From Gemmatimonadota bacterium (GTDB taxonomy: Bacteria; Gemmatimonadota; Gemmatimonadetes; Longimicrobiales; Gaopeijiaceae), in contig JAXHMG010000003.1 of the NCBI GenBank assembly GCA_034521595.1, forward strand, positions 2,176,001 through 2,240,000: a stretch of 64,000 nucleotides of DNA, in the 5' to 3' direction. A program made the position numbers and the translations under genes. Numbering within the stretch: position 1 is the first letter of the stretch; each line of letters begins with the position of its first letter. The notes under the pieces were generated by a model that ran no database searches, had not been told where the DNA came from, and saw only the letters and a program-made list of their open reading frames with translations. Below, piece by piece: positions 8,858 to 18,381 of this stretch.

Positions 8858-10399
8858 ATGCAACGGATGATCCAGCGCAGAGCGGCCGATGTGCTACCCA
8901 TCGGGATTCTTTGCGTGTGGATTACCGTCGGCGCCTGCAACGATGACGAGACCACTCCGCCGGTGGGCCCTCAAGGCCCTGATACCGTCGTCGACTCCAT
9001 CAGCCTCGAGCCACCCGAGCGAACCATCGGTGTCCTCGGAGCACAGATCGGAGTCCGAGCAGCAGCGCTCAACAAGGACGGCGAAGCCCTCTACCGCTCG
9101 CCGCTGGATCCCGGCCGGTTCTCATGGTCATCCGCCGCGCCCGACATCGCGACCGTGGGCCCGGATACCCTTATCCACAACGATGCGCATCTCCGCTTGG
9201 TCGAAGGTATGGGTGAAGGTCACACGACCATCACGGCGAGCAGTCAGGGTGTCACCGGCAGCATGACGGTCCACGTGTGGGATCGCGCACGTCTCGCGTG
9301 GTCTGTTCCGCGAGACACCGGATCGACGCTGGCGGGATCGATGCTCGCTGGTGTCGCGATCGGACCCGACGGCACCATCTACGTCGGGACGAACAACCCG
9401 CTCGCGGACCGAAGTGTCTGGCGCGCCCTCTCGCCGCAGGGAGCTGTCCGCTGGACCCGCGACCTCCCGCTCACGGACTTCTCGACGCCAGCCATCGGAG
9501 ACGACGGAACGCTGTATATCGGCTCCAGGTCCGCGAACGGCTCAGCCGGTCGCCTGATCGCCGTGGATCCCGGCGGCACGGTCCGGTGGATGCTGGAAGA
9601 TGTCGCCGAAATCCGATCCTCTCCGGCGATCGGGCCGGACGGCACGATCTACGCGGCCGGCGGTCGCCATGTCTACGCGGTCGACCCACGCGGCGAGATC
9701 CGGTGGACGTACGAGGTCGACGACGACCTTTTCGTCTTCTCCTCGCCAGGGGTCGCGAGCGACGGCACGGTCTACGTAGGTGGCGCGGACAACCTCCTGT
9801 ATGCGATCCACCCCGACGGCTCCCTGCGGTGGAGGTTCGAAACCGGCGATGTCATTCAGTCCTCTCCGTCGATCGGCATGGACGGGACCATCTACGTCGG
9901 CTCCCTGGATGGTCGGCTCTATGCCGTGGGTCCCGACGGGACCGAGCGATGGAGCGTGGAGCTGGACTGGAGAGGGATCAGCTCCTCGCCGTCGATCGGG
10001 CCGGACGGCACGATCTACGTGGGAGCCGGCGGCGTGTTTGCCGTCGATCCCGGCGGCTCGGTCCGCTGGAACTATGCGCCATCCGGTTGGGTCTCGACCA
10101 CACCGCTCCTGGGGGCGGACGGAACCGTTTACGTTGGCGCTTGCTGCGGTATCACCGCTCTCGACACCCAGGGCAGGCTTCTGTGGGACTACGGGACCGG
10201 TGGAACCATCATGGGCTCGCCCGCCATCGGTCTCGATGGTGCGATCATCGCGGGTTCCTTCTCGCAACCCTCCCCAGACTCATGGGAAGGCACCGTCCAT
10301 GCAATCGTGGAGACCACATCGACGAACGGCGGCTACGAGGGCGCGCCCTGGCCGACGACGCGCGGGGGGCGCGCCAACACCGGCCGGGCTGGCGGATGA
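8858..10399 (+). CDS. Lipoprotein with Ig-like (Big_2) domain + PQQ-like beta-propeller (cassette protein B1)
   Basis: AGGAGG RBS at 8841; lipobox TVGAC; repeated SSP[AS]IG.DGT[IV]YVG...LYA..PDG..RW blades; C-terminal WPT.RG...NTG. Confidence 0.9.
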   Translation: MQRMIQRRAADVLPIGILCVWITVGACNDDETTPPVGPQGPDTVVDSISLEPPERTIGVLGAQIGVRAAALNKDGEALYRSPLDPGRFSWSSAAPDIATVGPDTLIHNDAHLRLVEGMGEGHTTITASSQGVTGSMTVHVWDRARLAWSVPRDTGSTLAGSMLAGVAIGPDGTIYVGTNNPLADRSVWRALSPQGAVRWTRDLPLTDFSTPAIGDDGTLYIGSRSANGSAGRLIAVDPGGTVRWMLEDVAEIRSSPAIGPDGTIYAAGGRHVYAVDPRGEIRWTYEVDDDLFVFSSPGVASDGTVYVGGADNLLYAIHPDGSLRWRFETGDVIQSSPSIGMDGTIYVGSLDGRLYAVGPDGTERWSVELDWRGISSSPSIGPDGTIYVGAGGVFAVDPGGSVRWNYAPSGWVSTTPLLGADGTVYVGACCGITALDTQGRLLWDYGTGGTIMGSPAIGLDGAIIAGSFSQPSPDSWEGTVHAIVETTSTNGGYEGAPWPTTRGGRANTGRAGG

Positions 10400-12861
10400 G
10401 GCGCCGGCCTTCCTTCGCGGTCGCCACCTTGGCGCTGCTCCTAGCCACCAGCCTCGCGCCACGCCATTGGGCGCTCTTGGCGGCTCCCCTCGGCGCACAG
10501 GAGCCCGAGCCGCCGGCCGTGCCCTCCGGCTCCGCGGTCGTCACGGGCAAGGTATTCGGCGAGGAGGTGGAGGTGGCGGTCCGCTCGGCCGAAGTCACCC
10601 TCCACCTCGCGGACGACTCGACCTTGGTGGGCACGGCGGTGACCGACACCCGGGGCCGCTTCCGCATCGAGGACGCCCCGGAGGGCACCTTCTTCGTCCG
10701 GCTCCGGAGCCTGGGGTACGGGACCGTCGCCACCGAGCCCTTCGAGGTGGCGGCCGCGGAGGTGCGGGCGCTGGGCGAGCTCCGGATGCCGGTCGACGCC
10801 CTGGAGGTCGACCGGGTCACGGTCTCGACCGAGCGCTCCGTCGTCACCCACGAGGCCGACCGGGACGTCTACAACGTCGGCGTGATGCCCGGCACCGGGG
10901 GCGCCCCGGTGACCGAGACCCTGTCGCGGATCGCCGACCTCCAGGTGGACATCGACGGCCGCGTCACCCTCCGGGGCCAGGGCGTGACGATCTACATCGA
11001 CGGCCGCGATGCGCCCCTGTCCGGCGAGACGCTGACGCTCTTCATGGAGCAGTTCCCCTCGGACCTCATCCAGGAGATCGAGGTGATCCACAATCCGCCG
11101 GCCCGCTACGACGCCGAGGGCACCGGCGGGATCGTGAACCTGGTGACGCGGGAGGGGGTCGAGCTCGGCGTGAGCGGGACGGTGTTCTCCCGGGCGGACA
11201 CCCGGGGCCAGTACACGGTCGGCGGGCACGGCGTCTTCCAGCGGGGCGCGTGGACCGTGAACGGCCGTGGCTCCGTGGGGCTCTCGGACCGAGAGCGCAG
11301 CGACTACCAGCTGAGGCAGAACCTCGACGTGGAGCCGGCTTACCTGCGGCAAGACGCGTGGTCGGATCGCTCGGGCCTCTCCACCAGCGGAAACCTTGAG
11401 GTCGCCTACGAGCCGACGGAGCGCGCGCGGCTCTATCTGGAGGGTGGAGCCTGGCGCTCCGGCCATGACCAGGAGGGCGCCACGACCACCACGCACTTGG
11501 CCGACCTGGAGACGCCGATCCTGGCCTACGACCGCTCCCGCGCCTCGGACTCCCGGAGCCTCAACTTCGACCTCGCCACCGGCTTCCAGCGGTCATGGAC
11601 ACGCGCCGACCAGGAGCTGGAGGTGGAGGTGGCGCTGGAGCGGGGCCGGGACCGACAGGAGCGCCGGGAGGAGGTCACCGACGGCACCGGACTCGAGGGC
11701 GACCAGCTGATCCCCGCCGAGCTCACCCTGGAGGACGAGAACGAGCTGGAGACCGCCCTGTCCGGCCAGGCGGACTACGTGCGGGCGTGGGGCGAGGACG
11801 CCGAGATCGAGCTGGGCTACCAGGGCGAGCGCACGGAGGCAGACCAGGACCGTCTGCTCCGCTTCGTGGAGGACCCCGGAACCGCCACCGACGAAGGCAT
11901 CGAGCGCGGCCACCGGGTGCGGGAGCGGAGCCACGCCCTTTACGGCACCGTGGAGCGGCGCCTCGGGCCCGCGAGCGTGCAGGTCGGGCTCCGAGCCGAG
12001 ACGGCCGCGCTCGACTTCGAGTTGCCGGACGGACGCACCTTCGACAACCGCTACCTGAACCTCTTCCCCAGCGCCAACGTCTCGTACCGGATCGACGACG
12101 AGCGCCGCCTCCGGATCTCCTACTCCAGGCGTGTGAACCGTCCCGGGCTCTCGGTGCTGAACCCCGTCGACACCTCCACCGACCCCCTGGAGCGGCGGGT
12201 CGGGAACCCGGACATCGAGCCGCAGCTCACGCACCGCCTCACCATGAGCGCGACCTGGTCCACCTCCACCGGCAGCCTCCGGCTCTCGCCCCATCTGAGC
12301 GCGACCCGGAACGGCTGGTCCCGCCTCACCACCGTGGACGATCGCGGGGTCTCGACCCGGACCTACGGCAACGTCACCTCGCGGGAGAGCTACGGCGCGT
12401 CGCTAAGCTACCGGATCCACCGGTGGCACGGCTGGGCCGGCGACGTCTCCCTCTCTGCCCGTCGGCAGAACCGGGACGCCAGCAACCTGGAAGAGCGGTA
12501 TTCCGGGACTGCGACCCGCCTCTCGAGCCGCGTCAACATCGACGGCCGCGTCACCGACGACTTCCGCGTCCAAGGCAGCTTCTCCTACCAGCCGGGACAG
12601 GACCTGCCCCAGGGCCGCACCGACGCCCGCATCCGGGCCGACTTCGGCGCGCGCTACCGCCTCCTCGACGATCGGGCCTCGGTCCGGCTCTCGCTCCGCG
12701 ACCCCTTCGCCCTCCAGCAGTCCTCGAGCCGGCTCCGGGACACCGACTACGTCCTCATCGGACGAAGCCAACAATCGACCCGGAGCGCCCAGATCAGCGT
12801 GTCCTACACGTTCGTGAGCGGCGGGGCGTCGAGGGGCGGCCGCAGGCGCGGACGGCCTTAG
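10396..12861 (+). CDS. TonB-dependent receptor / outer-membrane beta-barrel with N-terminal carboxypeptidase-regulatory-like domain (cassette protein C1)
   Basis: ATGA overlap with the upstream stop; signal peptide; IQEIEVIHNPPARYDAEGTGGIVNLV plug motif; GNPDIEPQ; terminal VSYTF. Confidence 0.9.
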   Translation: MRRRPSFAVATLALLLATSLAPRHWALLAAPLGAQEPEPPAVPSGSAVVTGKVFGEEVEVAVRSAEVTLHLADDSTLVGTAVTDTRGRFRIEDAPEGTFFVRLRSLGYGTVATEPFEVAAAEVRALGELRMPVDALEVDRVTVSTERSVVTHEADRDVYNVGVMPGTGGAPVTETLSRIADLQVDIDGRVTLRGQGVTIYIDGRDAPLSGETLTLFMEQFPSDLIQEIEVIHNPPARYDAEGTGGIVNLVTREGVELGVSGTVFSRADTRGQYTVGGHGVFQRGAWTVNGRGSVGLSDRERSDYQLRQNLDVEPAYLRQDAWSDRSGLSTSGNLEVAYEPTERARLYLEGGAWRSGHDQEGATTTTHLADLETPILAYDRSRASDSRSLNFDLATGFQRSWTRADQELEVEVALERGRDRQERREEVTDGTGLEGDQLIPAELTLEDENELETALSGQADYVRAWGEDAEIELGYQGERTEADQDRLLRFVEDPGTATDEGIERGHRVRERSHALYGTVERRLGPASVQVGLRAETAALDFELPDGRTFDNRYLNLFPSANVSYRIDDERRLRISYSRRVNRPGLSVLNPVDTSTDPLERRVGNPDIEPQLTHRLTMSATWSTSTGSLRLSPHLSATRNGWSRLTTVDDRGVSTRTYGNVTSRESYGASLSYRIHRWHGWAGDVSLSARRQNRDASNLEERYSGTATRLSSRVNIDGRVTDDFRVQGSFSYQPGQDLPQGRTDARIRADFGARYRLLDDRASVRLSLRDPFALQQSSSRLRDTDYVLIGRSQQSTRSAQISVSYTFVSGGASRGGRRRGRP

Positions 12862-12883
12862 AGGCCGGGCCGAGCGGCCCAGC

Positions 12884-13078
12884 CGCTCCACGCGGCTCGA
12901 ACCAGGCCCAGCATAGACGCTCACAGCCCGTCGAAGATCGAATGTTACACGTGGTAAGGTTTTGTTACACCCGCGCAAGCAGGGCTCGAGCCAGGACCCT
13001 AATGATGATGGACCGTAAGAACGCACCATCGCGGGCCGGTGGTGCGACTCCGATTCTTCATTCCTTCTTGGAGGCATC
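12884..13078 (+). promoter_or_regulatory. Conserved cassette leader, copy 2: TGTTAC-N14-TGTTAC (12943-12968), TAATGAT (~13000), hairpin (13022-13046), GGAGG RBS
   Basis: Homologous to 7986-8181. Confidence 0.7.
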
Positions 13079-13507
13079 ATGTCTGACCAACAGAAGTCCC
13101 TCGCGAAGCGGCTCGTCGGGATCACCCTGGGCGCCCTTGTCCTGGCGATCGGCCTGTGGACGGTGCCGGGGATCGCCGGCGCTTCGTCGAATGCCGCGAA
13201 TAACAAGGCCCTGTCCGTGTCCATCAACGTTCCCCTCAGCGAAATCAAAGACGGGCAGTTCTGCCAAGCCTATGCCGTCGTGAGTGGCGGGACAGGCCCC
13301 TATGTGTTCACATGGGACGGACAGTTCGACAACTCCGATGGGCAATTCGGGCCACTGGGCGAGGACCAAATCGTCAACGGCTACATCGACGGGAGCGGCG
13401 ATCACTATCTGGACTTGACGGTTCAGGACACCATCAACAACCGGTCAGGCGACGACTTGGTTTTCCTCAACATCGGTGACGAGTTCAATGATGATTGCGA
13501 GGCGTAG
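13079..13507 (+). CDS. Small secreted acidic single Ig/PKD-like domain protein with two conserved Cys (cassette protein A2, 142 aa)
   Basis: First 27 residues identical to A1; GGTGPYVFTWDG; GQFCQ...FNDDC. Confidence 0.87.
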   Translation: MSDQQKSLAKRLVGITLGALVLAIGLWTVPGIAGASSNAANNKALSVSINVPLSEIKDGQFCQAYAVVSGGTGPYVFTWDGQFDNSDGQFGPLGEDQIVNGYIDGSGDHYLDLTVQDTINNRSGDDLVFLNIGDEFNDDCEA

Positions 13508-13542
13508 AACCCCGATCCTTTAGAAGGCGGCTAGAAGGCGGC

Positions 13543-13581
13543 GGCAGGATTGGCTGGCGGAGACAGCAGGCCAATCCTGCC
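13543..13581 (+). other. 12-bp perfect stem-loop without U-tract after gene A2, preceded by an 11-bp tandem repeat TAGAAGGCGGC (13521-13542)
   Basis: GGCAGGATTGGC (13543-13554) / GCCAATCCTGCC (13570-13581). Confidence 0.65.
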
Positions 13582-13681
13582 ACTGCCTCCCAGGGAACTC
13601 CTGTAGGCCCCATTCAAAATGGAGATGGGGAAGCCGCATGGGCCTTAAGTCTTCGCCAGCGCAGAAGAGGTTTCTCACGGC

Positions 13682-15250
13682 ATGCAAGAGTCCAGCCACC
13701 GCCGAGCCACGACGGTTCTGCCGGCCCTGCTCCTATCCGCGGGGCTCATCATTGGCGCCTGCCGTGATGATACAATCACTCCGCCCGTCGACTCCGAGAG
13801 TCCCGACACGGTCCCCAGTTCACTCAGGATGCGGCCAGCGGAGCAGTTGACCGTAGGTATGCTCGGCATCAGTGCCGTGCGGGTGGGAGCAGAGGCGTTG
13901 TCCAAGGACGGCGACATCCTCTACCGCTCGTGGCTGGACCGCGACCGTTTCGTTTGGTCGGTCTCCGACCCCGACATCGTGACGCTGACCGACACCACCT
14001 GCCTACCGACCGGTCGTCGCTGCCGCCTAATCACTAGTGTAAGCGAGGGCGAAGGGACCATCACCGCGACGACGCAAGGCCTGACCGACTCCATATCAAT
14101 CACCGTGCGAGATCGTGCACGTGTCGCATGGTCTGTTCCGATCGGACTCGGGAGGAGCTTCTCGGACGTTGCCGTCGCAATTGACGGCACTATCTACGTC
14201 GGCACCGATGAGCCCGCTCTAGCTCGAAGCCGCTGGTCCGCCCTTTCGCCGCAAGGAGGCGTTGTTTGGACGGTGGACTTGCCCCTCACATTTAAGTCAA
14301 GTCCCGCTATCGGGGAGGATGGGACGCTCTATCTCGGGTCCAGGTCCGCGGGCGCTGATGGTTCTGTGGGTCGCCTGATCGCCGTAAACCCCGGTGGAAG
14401 CGTGAGGTGGATGCTAGAGGGGATCGATGGTATTCGCTCGTCGCCATCAATCGGACCGGATGGAACCGTATATGTAGCTGGCGAGCGCCACATCTACGCA
14501 GTCGATCCGCAAGGAGAGATCCGTTGGGTTTACGAGGCCGCCAGTGACGTATTCGCCTTCTCCTCCCCGGCGGTCGCGGGTGACGGTACGATCTACGTAG
14601 GCGCGGAGGATTATCACTTATATGCTATCAATCCAGACGGCTCCTTGCAGTGGAGGTTCCAAACCGATGACCGGATTCGATCCTCTCCGTCCATCGGCCC
14701 GGACGGAGCCATCTACGTTGGGTCGCACGACGGAAGGCTCTACTCCGTTAATCCCGACGGGACCGAACGATGGAACATCCCAATCCATTGTGGCCTCGAC
14801 TGGGGCTGCGAACCGATTCAATCAACGCCTTCCATCGGCGTGGATGGTACGATCTACGTAGGAGCCGACGCCATATATGCCATCGATCCCGCGGGCTCGA
14901 TTCGCTGGAGCCTACTCGGTGGCGGGGTCGTCTGGACTCCGGTCGTGGGCGCAAACGGGACGATATACTTCACCGATCTCTCTACACCCGTCGGCGGGAA
15001 GCTCTACGCCGCCGACGCCCAGGGCAGGATTCTGTGGGAGTATCCAACCGGTGGACGGGTTTCCGCTTCACCGGCCATCGGCGTCGATGGCAGTATCATC
15101 GCGGTTTCCTTCGGGGGTTCCTCAGGGTCGGGCGATGAAGGTCGGGCTCATGCGATCATCGAGACCGTCTCGACGAACGGCGGTTATGCAGGGTCACCCT
15201 GGCCGACAGCGCGTGGTGACCGAGGCAACACCGGGAGGGCCGGTAGATGA
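13682..15250 (+). CDS. Lipoprotein with Ig-like (Big_2) domain + PQQ-like beta-propeller (cassette protein B2)
   Basis: Lipobox IIGAC; same repeat architecture and C-terminus as B1. Confidence 0.9.
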   Translation: MQESSHRRATTVLPALLLSAGLIIGACRDDTITPPVDSESPDTVPSSLRMRPAEQLTVGMLGISAVRVGAEALSKDGDILYRSWLDRDRFVWSVSDPDIVTLTDTTCLPTGRRCRLITSVSEGEGTITATTQGLTDSISITVRDRARVAWSVPIGLGRSFSDVAVAIDGTIYVGTDEPALARSRWSALSPQGGVVWTVDLPLTFKSSPAIGEDGTLYLGSRSAGADGSVGRLIAVNPGGSVRWMLEGIDGIRSSPSIGPDGTVYVAGERHIYAVDPQGEIRWVYEAASDVFAFSSPAVAGDGTIYVGAEDYHLYAINPDGSLQWRFQTDDRIRSSPSIGPDGAIYVGSHDGRLYSVNPDGTERWNIPIHCGLDWGCEPIQSTPSIGVDGTIYVGADAIYAIDPAGSIRWSLLGGGVVWTPVVGANGTIYFTDLSTPVGGKLYAADAQGRILWEYPTGGRVSASPAIGVDGSIIAVSFGGSSGSGDEGRAHAIIETVSTNGGYAGSPWPTARGDRGNTGRAGR

Positions 15251-18228
15251 CTCGCCGATACTCGATCATCACCAGAGTCCTGGCACTGCTCCTCACGGCC
15301 ATCACCTCCCCCGCCCTCTCCGCGCAGACCGGCACCATCGTCGGCACCGTGACCGACGCGCAGTCGGGAGGGGCCGTGACCGGCGCGGTCCTCGTCCTGG
15401 AAGGCACGGATCACTCCGGCCTGTCCCGGAACGACGGCCGCTTCGTGCTCGACGCAGTCCCGGCCGGGGACGGCGTCGTGGGTGTCGAGCGCATCGGCTA
15501 CCGCCCCGTCCGGCGCGAGGTGAGCGTCCCGGCCGACGGCACCGTGGTCGTCGACTTCGTGCTCACCCCGGCGCCGTTCTCGCTGGACGAGCTCGTGGTG
15601 ACGGGCGCGGCGGGAAGTCGACGACGGCGCGAGCTCGGCAATACCGTCTCGCGGCTGGAGATCGACGAGGTGACGGACCGCCCGGCCACGCTCTCGGACT
15701 TCCTGCAGGGCGCGGCCGTGGGCATCGAGGTGACGGGCGCGAGCGGCGAGGCGGGCCAGGGCAAGCAGATCCGACTGCGCGGGAGCGGCAGCATGCTGCT
15801 CTCCAGCCAACCGCTCGTCTACATCGACGGGATCCGGATGATGGAGGGCGCGTTCCCCTCCGAGGTGTTCGAGGACCCCTCGGCCAACCTGCTCCCGTCG
15901 GGCGCCAACGTCACGACGAGTCCGCTGGACCTGGTGAGCGTGGGCGATATCGACCGGATCGAGGTCGCCAAGGGCGCGGCGGCGACGACACTGTTCGGCA
16001 CGGGCTCGGCGAACGGCGTCATCCAGATCTTCACGAAGCGCGGCGTGAGCGGTCCGCCCCGCTGGACGGCCGACATCTCACAGGGCACGGGCTGGGTCCA
16101 ACCGTTCGGCGCGAACGGGGTCGACTATCTCCACGTCGAGCATTTCCTGCGCGATGCATGGTGGGGCGGCGGCTACGACGGGGGCGAAGGCTCCCGCGAC
16201 TGCGTGACCGACGACCCGCGCTGGGACGACGCGAACGCCTCCGCCGAAGGCGCCTGTAGCTGGCCGGGCGCGCAGTGGTACCAGCGCTACCGGTTGGCCG
16301 TGGACGGCGGCACCGAGCGCTTCGACTACTTCGTCTCGGGCGAGTACCAGGACGACAGCTACGCCCTGCCCCTGGACGAGCTCCAGCGCTACGCGTTCCG
16401 GACCAACCTGGGCGCGACGCTCACGCCCCGCATCGAGACGCGCCTCAACGCCTCATTCACTGACTTTCGGACGTCCAACACCGCCTCGGGCGGGACCTTC
16501 GAGGGCATCCTGCTGAGCACGATGCGGCAGGAGCGGAACTACCTGAGCTCGCCGGACCCGCGGGACATCGCCGACCTGCTGGGCAACCGGAACGATCAGT
16601 GGATCGACCGCCTCACGGCAGGCCTGAGCACGACGTTCAGCCAGAGCGCCCGGGCATCCCATCGTCTGACGCTCGGCTACGACTACTCGGTGCAGGATCT
16701 CCGGTCGGTGCACGACGGCGGCATCATCGCGAACGGAGCCGCGACGACACGGGCGTGGGATCGTCACCTGCGGACGGTCGACTACCTCGGGAGCCTCGGG
16801 CTCCGGGCCGGCCCGGAGCTCAGCGCGACGCTCTCGTTCGGCGCGCAGCTCGTATCGGACGACCTCGGCTGGACGGTCGTGTCCGGGACGGGGTTCCCCG
16901 AAGGCGTGCCGACAGAGCCCGCCGACGCCGAGAGCGTGGACACGCTCGACGCCGGCGGCGGCACCACCACTGCGGGGCTCTTCGCCCAGAACGTGCTCGG
17001 GCTCCGGGACCGGTACTTCCTGACCACCGGCCTCCGAGTGGACCGGCACGCGACGCAGGGCGAGTCATTCCTCCGGCTCGACCCCCGGGCCGGCCTCGCC
17101 TGGGTCGCCAGCGAGGAGGACTTTTGGCCCGAATCGCTCGGGGCGCTCCGTCTGCGGGCCGCCTACGGACACTCGAGCACCGCGCCCAGCCCGTTCGTGC
17201 AGGCGGTGCGGTACTTCGGCGGCCCGGCTCCGGAGGACGCCGAGCCGGGTGCGGTGCCGGAGCCCGAGTCGAGCGCCGAGTGGGAGGTCGGGCTCGACGC
17301 GACCGTGCTCGGTGAACGGGTCAACCTCGGCCTCACCCGCTACGTGCAGACCACCACCAACGCGCTCGTCCCCGTGACCGTCGACCCCGAAGCGACGCCC
17401 GAGCGCCGAGAGCTCCGGAGCATCGGCGAGCTCCGCAACCAGGGCTGGGAGGTCGAGCTCGACGCCTCCGTCGTGAGCACGCCCGACTGGGCCCTCGACG
17501 TCGGGCTCGGGTTCGGCACGAACGACTCGGAGGTCCTCGACCTCGGCGGCACCGAGCGCTTCAACGAGCAGGTGACCCAGTTCCTCGTCGGCTACCCCGC
17601 GCCCGTCGCCCGCGGCCGCAGGGTCGCCGATCCGGACGCCGTCAACGGGCCATGGAGCCCCGACCGGTACCGGACCGACGCGAGCGGCAACACCCGCCTC
17701 CCGCTCGGCTCCCAGCTCCCGACGCGCTTCGTCATCCCGTCCCTCACGGCGCGCGTCCCCGGCGGCATCGTCGTCTCCGCCCGCGGCGAGTACCGGGGCG
17801 GACACGTGCGGTTCGTGAACCCCGTGCCGGTCAGCAGGAGCGTCCGCTCCCCGCTCTGCGAACCCTGGTACGCGAACCCGGTGGACCCCGAAGACCCGTT
17901 CGCACCCCTCGAGCTGCGCGCCGACACCCCGGACCTCTGGCGCGAGCGCTGCACCCCGCAAGCGGCCAACGACTACTGGTTCGACGCCGACTACTTCAAG
18001 CTGCGCAGCGCATCCGCGACGGTGCCCGTGGGGTTCGCGTTCCCCGACCGGGTCACCGAGGCGCTGTTCACGGTGAGCCTCGCCAACGCATTCACCTGGT
18101 ACGAGGACGTCCCGTGGTGGGACGTCGAGATCCCGGGCAACGAGGGGGCGAACGACGACGGCGTCGGAACGTCCGAGCGCGTGCCGGCGCCGACGAGGCT
18201 GACGTTCAGCTTGCGGATGCGGTTCTGA
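15247..18228 (+). CDS. SusC/RagA-like TonB-dependent receptor (cassette protein C2)
   Basis: ATGA overlap; LDELVVTG TonB box; PLVYIDG; DIDRIEVAKGAAATTLFGTGSANGVIQIFTKRG plug motif; terminal Phe. Confidence 0.92.
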   Translation: MTRRYSIITRVLALLLTAITSPALSAQTGTIVGTVTDAQSGGAVTGAVLVLEGTDHSGLSRNDGRFVLDAVPAGDGVVGVERIGYRPVRREVSVPADGTVVVDFVLTPAPFSLDELVVTGAAGSRRRRELGNTVSRLEIDEVTDRPATLSDFLQGAAVGIEVTGASGEAGQGKQIRLRGSGSMLLSSQPLVYIDGIRMMEGAFPSEVFEDPSANLLPSGANVTTSPLDLVSVGDIDRIEVAKGAAATTLFGTGSANGVIQIFTKRGVSGPPRWTADISQGTGWVQPFGANGVDYLHVEHFLRDAWWGGGYDGGEGSRDCVTDDPRWDDANASAEGACSWPGAQWYQRYRLAVDGGTERFDYFVSGEYQDDSYALPLDELQRYAFRTNLGATLTPRIETRLNASFTDFRTSNTASGGTFEGILLSTMRQERNYLSSPDPRDIADLLGNRNDQWIDRLTAGLSTTFSQSARASHRLTLGYDYSVQDLRSVHDGGIIANGAATTRAWDRHLRTVDYLGSLGLRAGPELSATLSFGAQLVSDDLGWTVVSGTGFPEGVPTEPADAESVDTLDAGGGTTTAGLFAQNVLGLRDRYFLTTGLRVDRHATQGESFLRLDPRAGLAWVASEEDFWPESLGALRLRAAYGHSSTAPSPFVQAVRYFGGPAPEDAEPGAVPEPESSAEWEVGLDATVLGERVNLGLTRYVQTTTNALVPVTVDPEATPERRELRSIGELRNQGWEVELDASVVSTPDWALDVGLGFGTNDSEVLDLGGTERFNEQVTQFLVGYPAPVARGRRVADPDAVNGPWSPDRYRTDASGNTRLPLGSQLPTRFVIPSLTARVPGGIVVSARGEYRGGHVRFVNPVPVSRSVRSPLCEPWYANPVDPEDPFAPLELRADTPDLWRERCTPQAANDYWFDADYFKLRSASATVPVGFAFPDRVTEALFTVSLANAFTWYEDVPWWDVEIPGNEGANDDGVGTSERVPAPTRLTFSLRMRF

Positions 18229-18381
18229 GAGAAGAGGGGATCGGCTAAACCCATTCTTGCGCGGATCTCGTTTCCACCGCGAACAGCGCGCGCTCCGAAT
18301 CTCGTCGGCCGTCCGGTTTGCCCGCCGGCGAGGCCCCTCGCTATGGTGGTGATCCAAGTCACCACAGATGCGAGCAGTCGA

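Noticed and set aside
9277-10395. 1194-aa ORF start for the first TonB receptor
   Set aside because: The first 373 codons are an alternative frame over gene B1; the start with a signal peptide is the ATGA overlap at 10396
9300-15200. Periodic DNA repeats resembling a CRISPR array
   Set aside because: They are degenerate in-frame coding repeats of the beta-propeller blades; no constant repeat with unique spacers and no cas genes
6681-18228. Template/variable repeat pair of a diversity-generating retroelement (6681-6870 versus 18039-18228)
   Set aside because: Mismatches are mostly synonymous third-position changes, many G/C swaps rather than adenine-specific, and no reverse transcriptase is in the window
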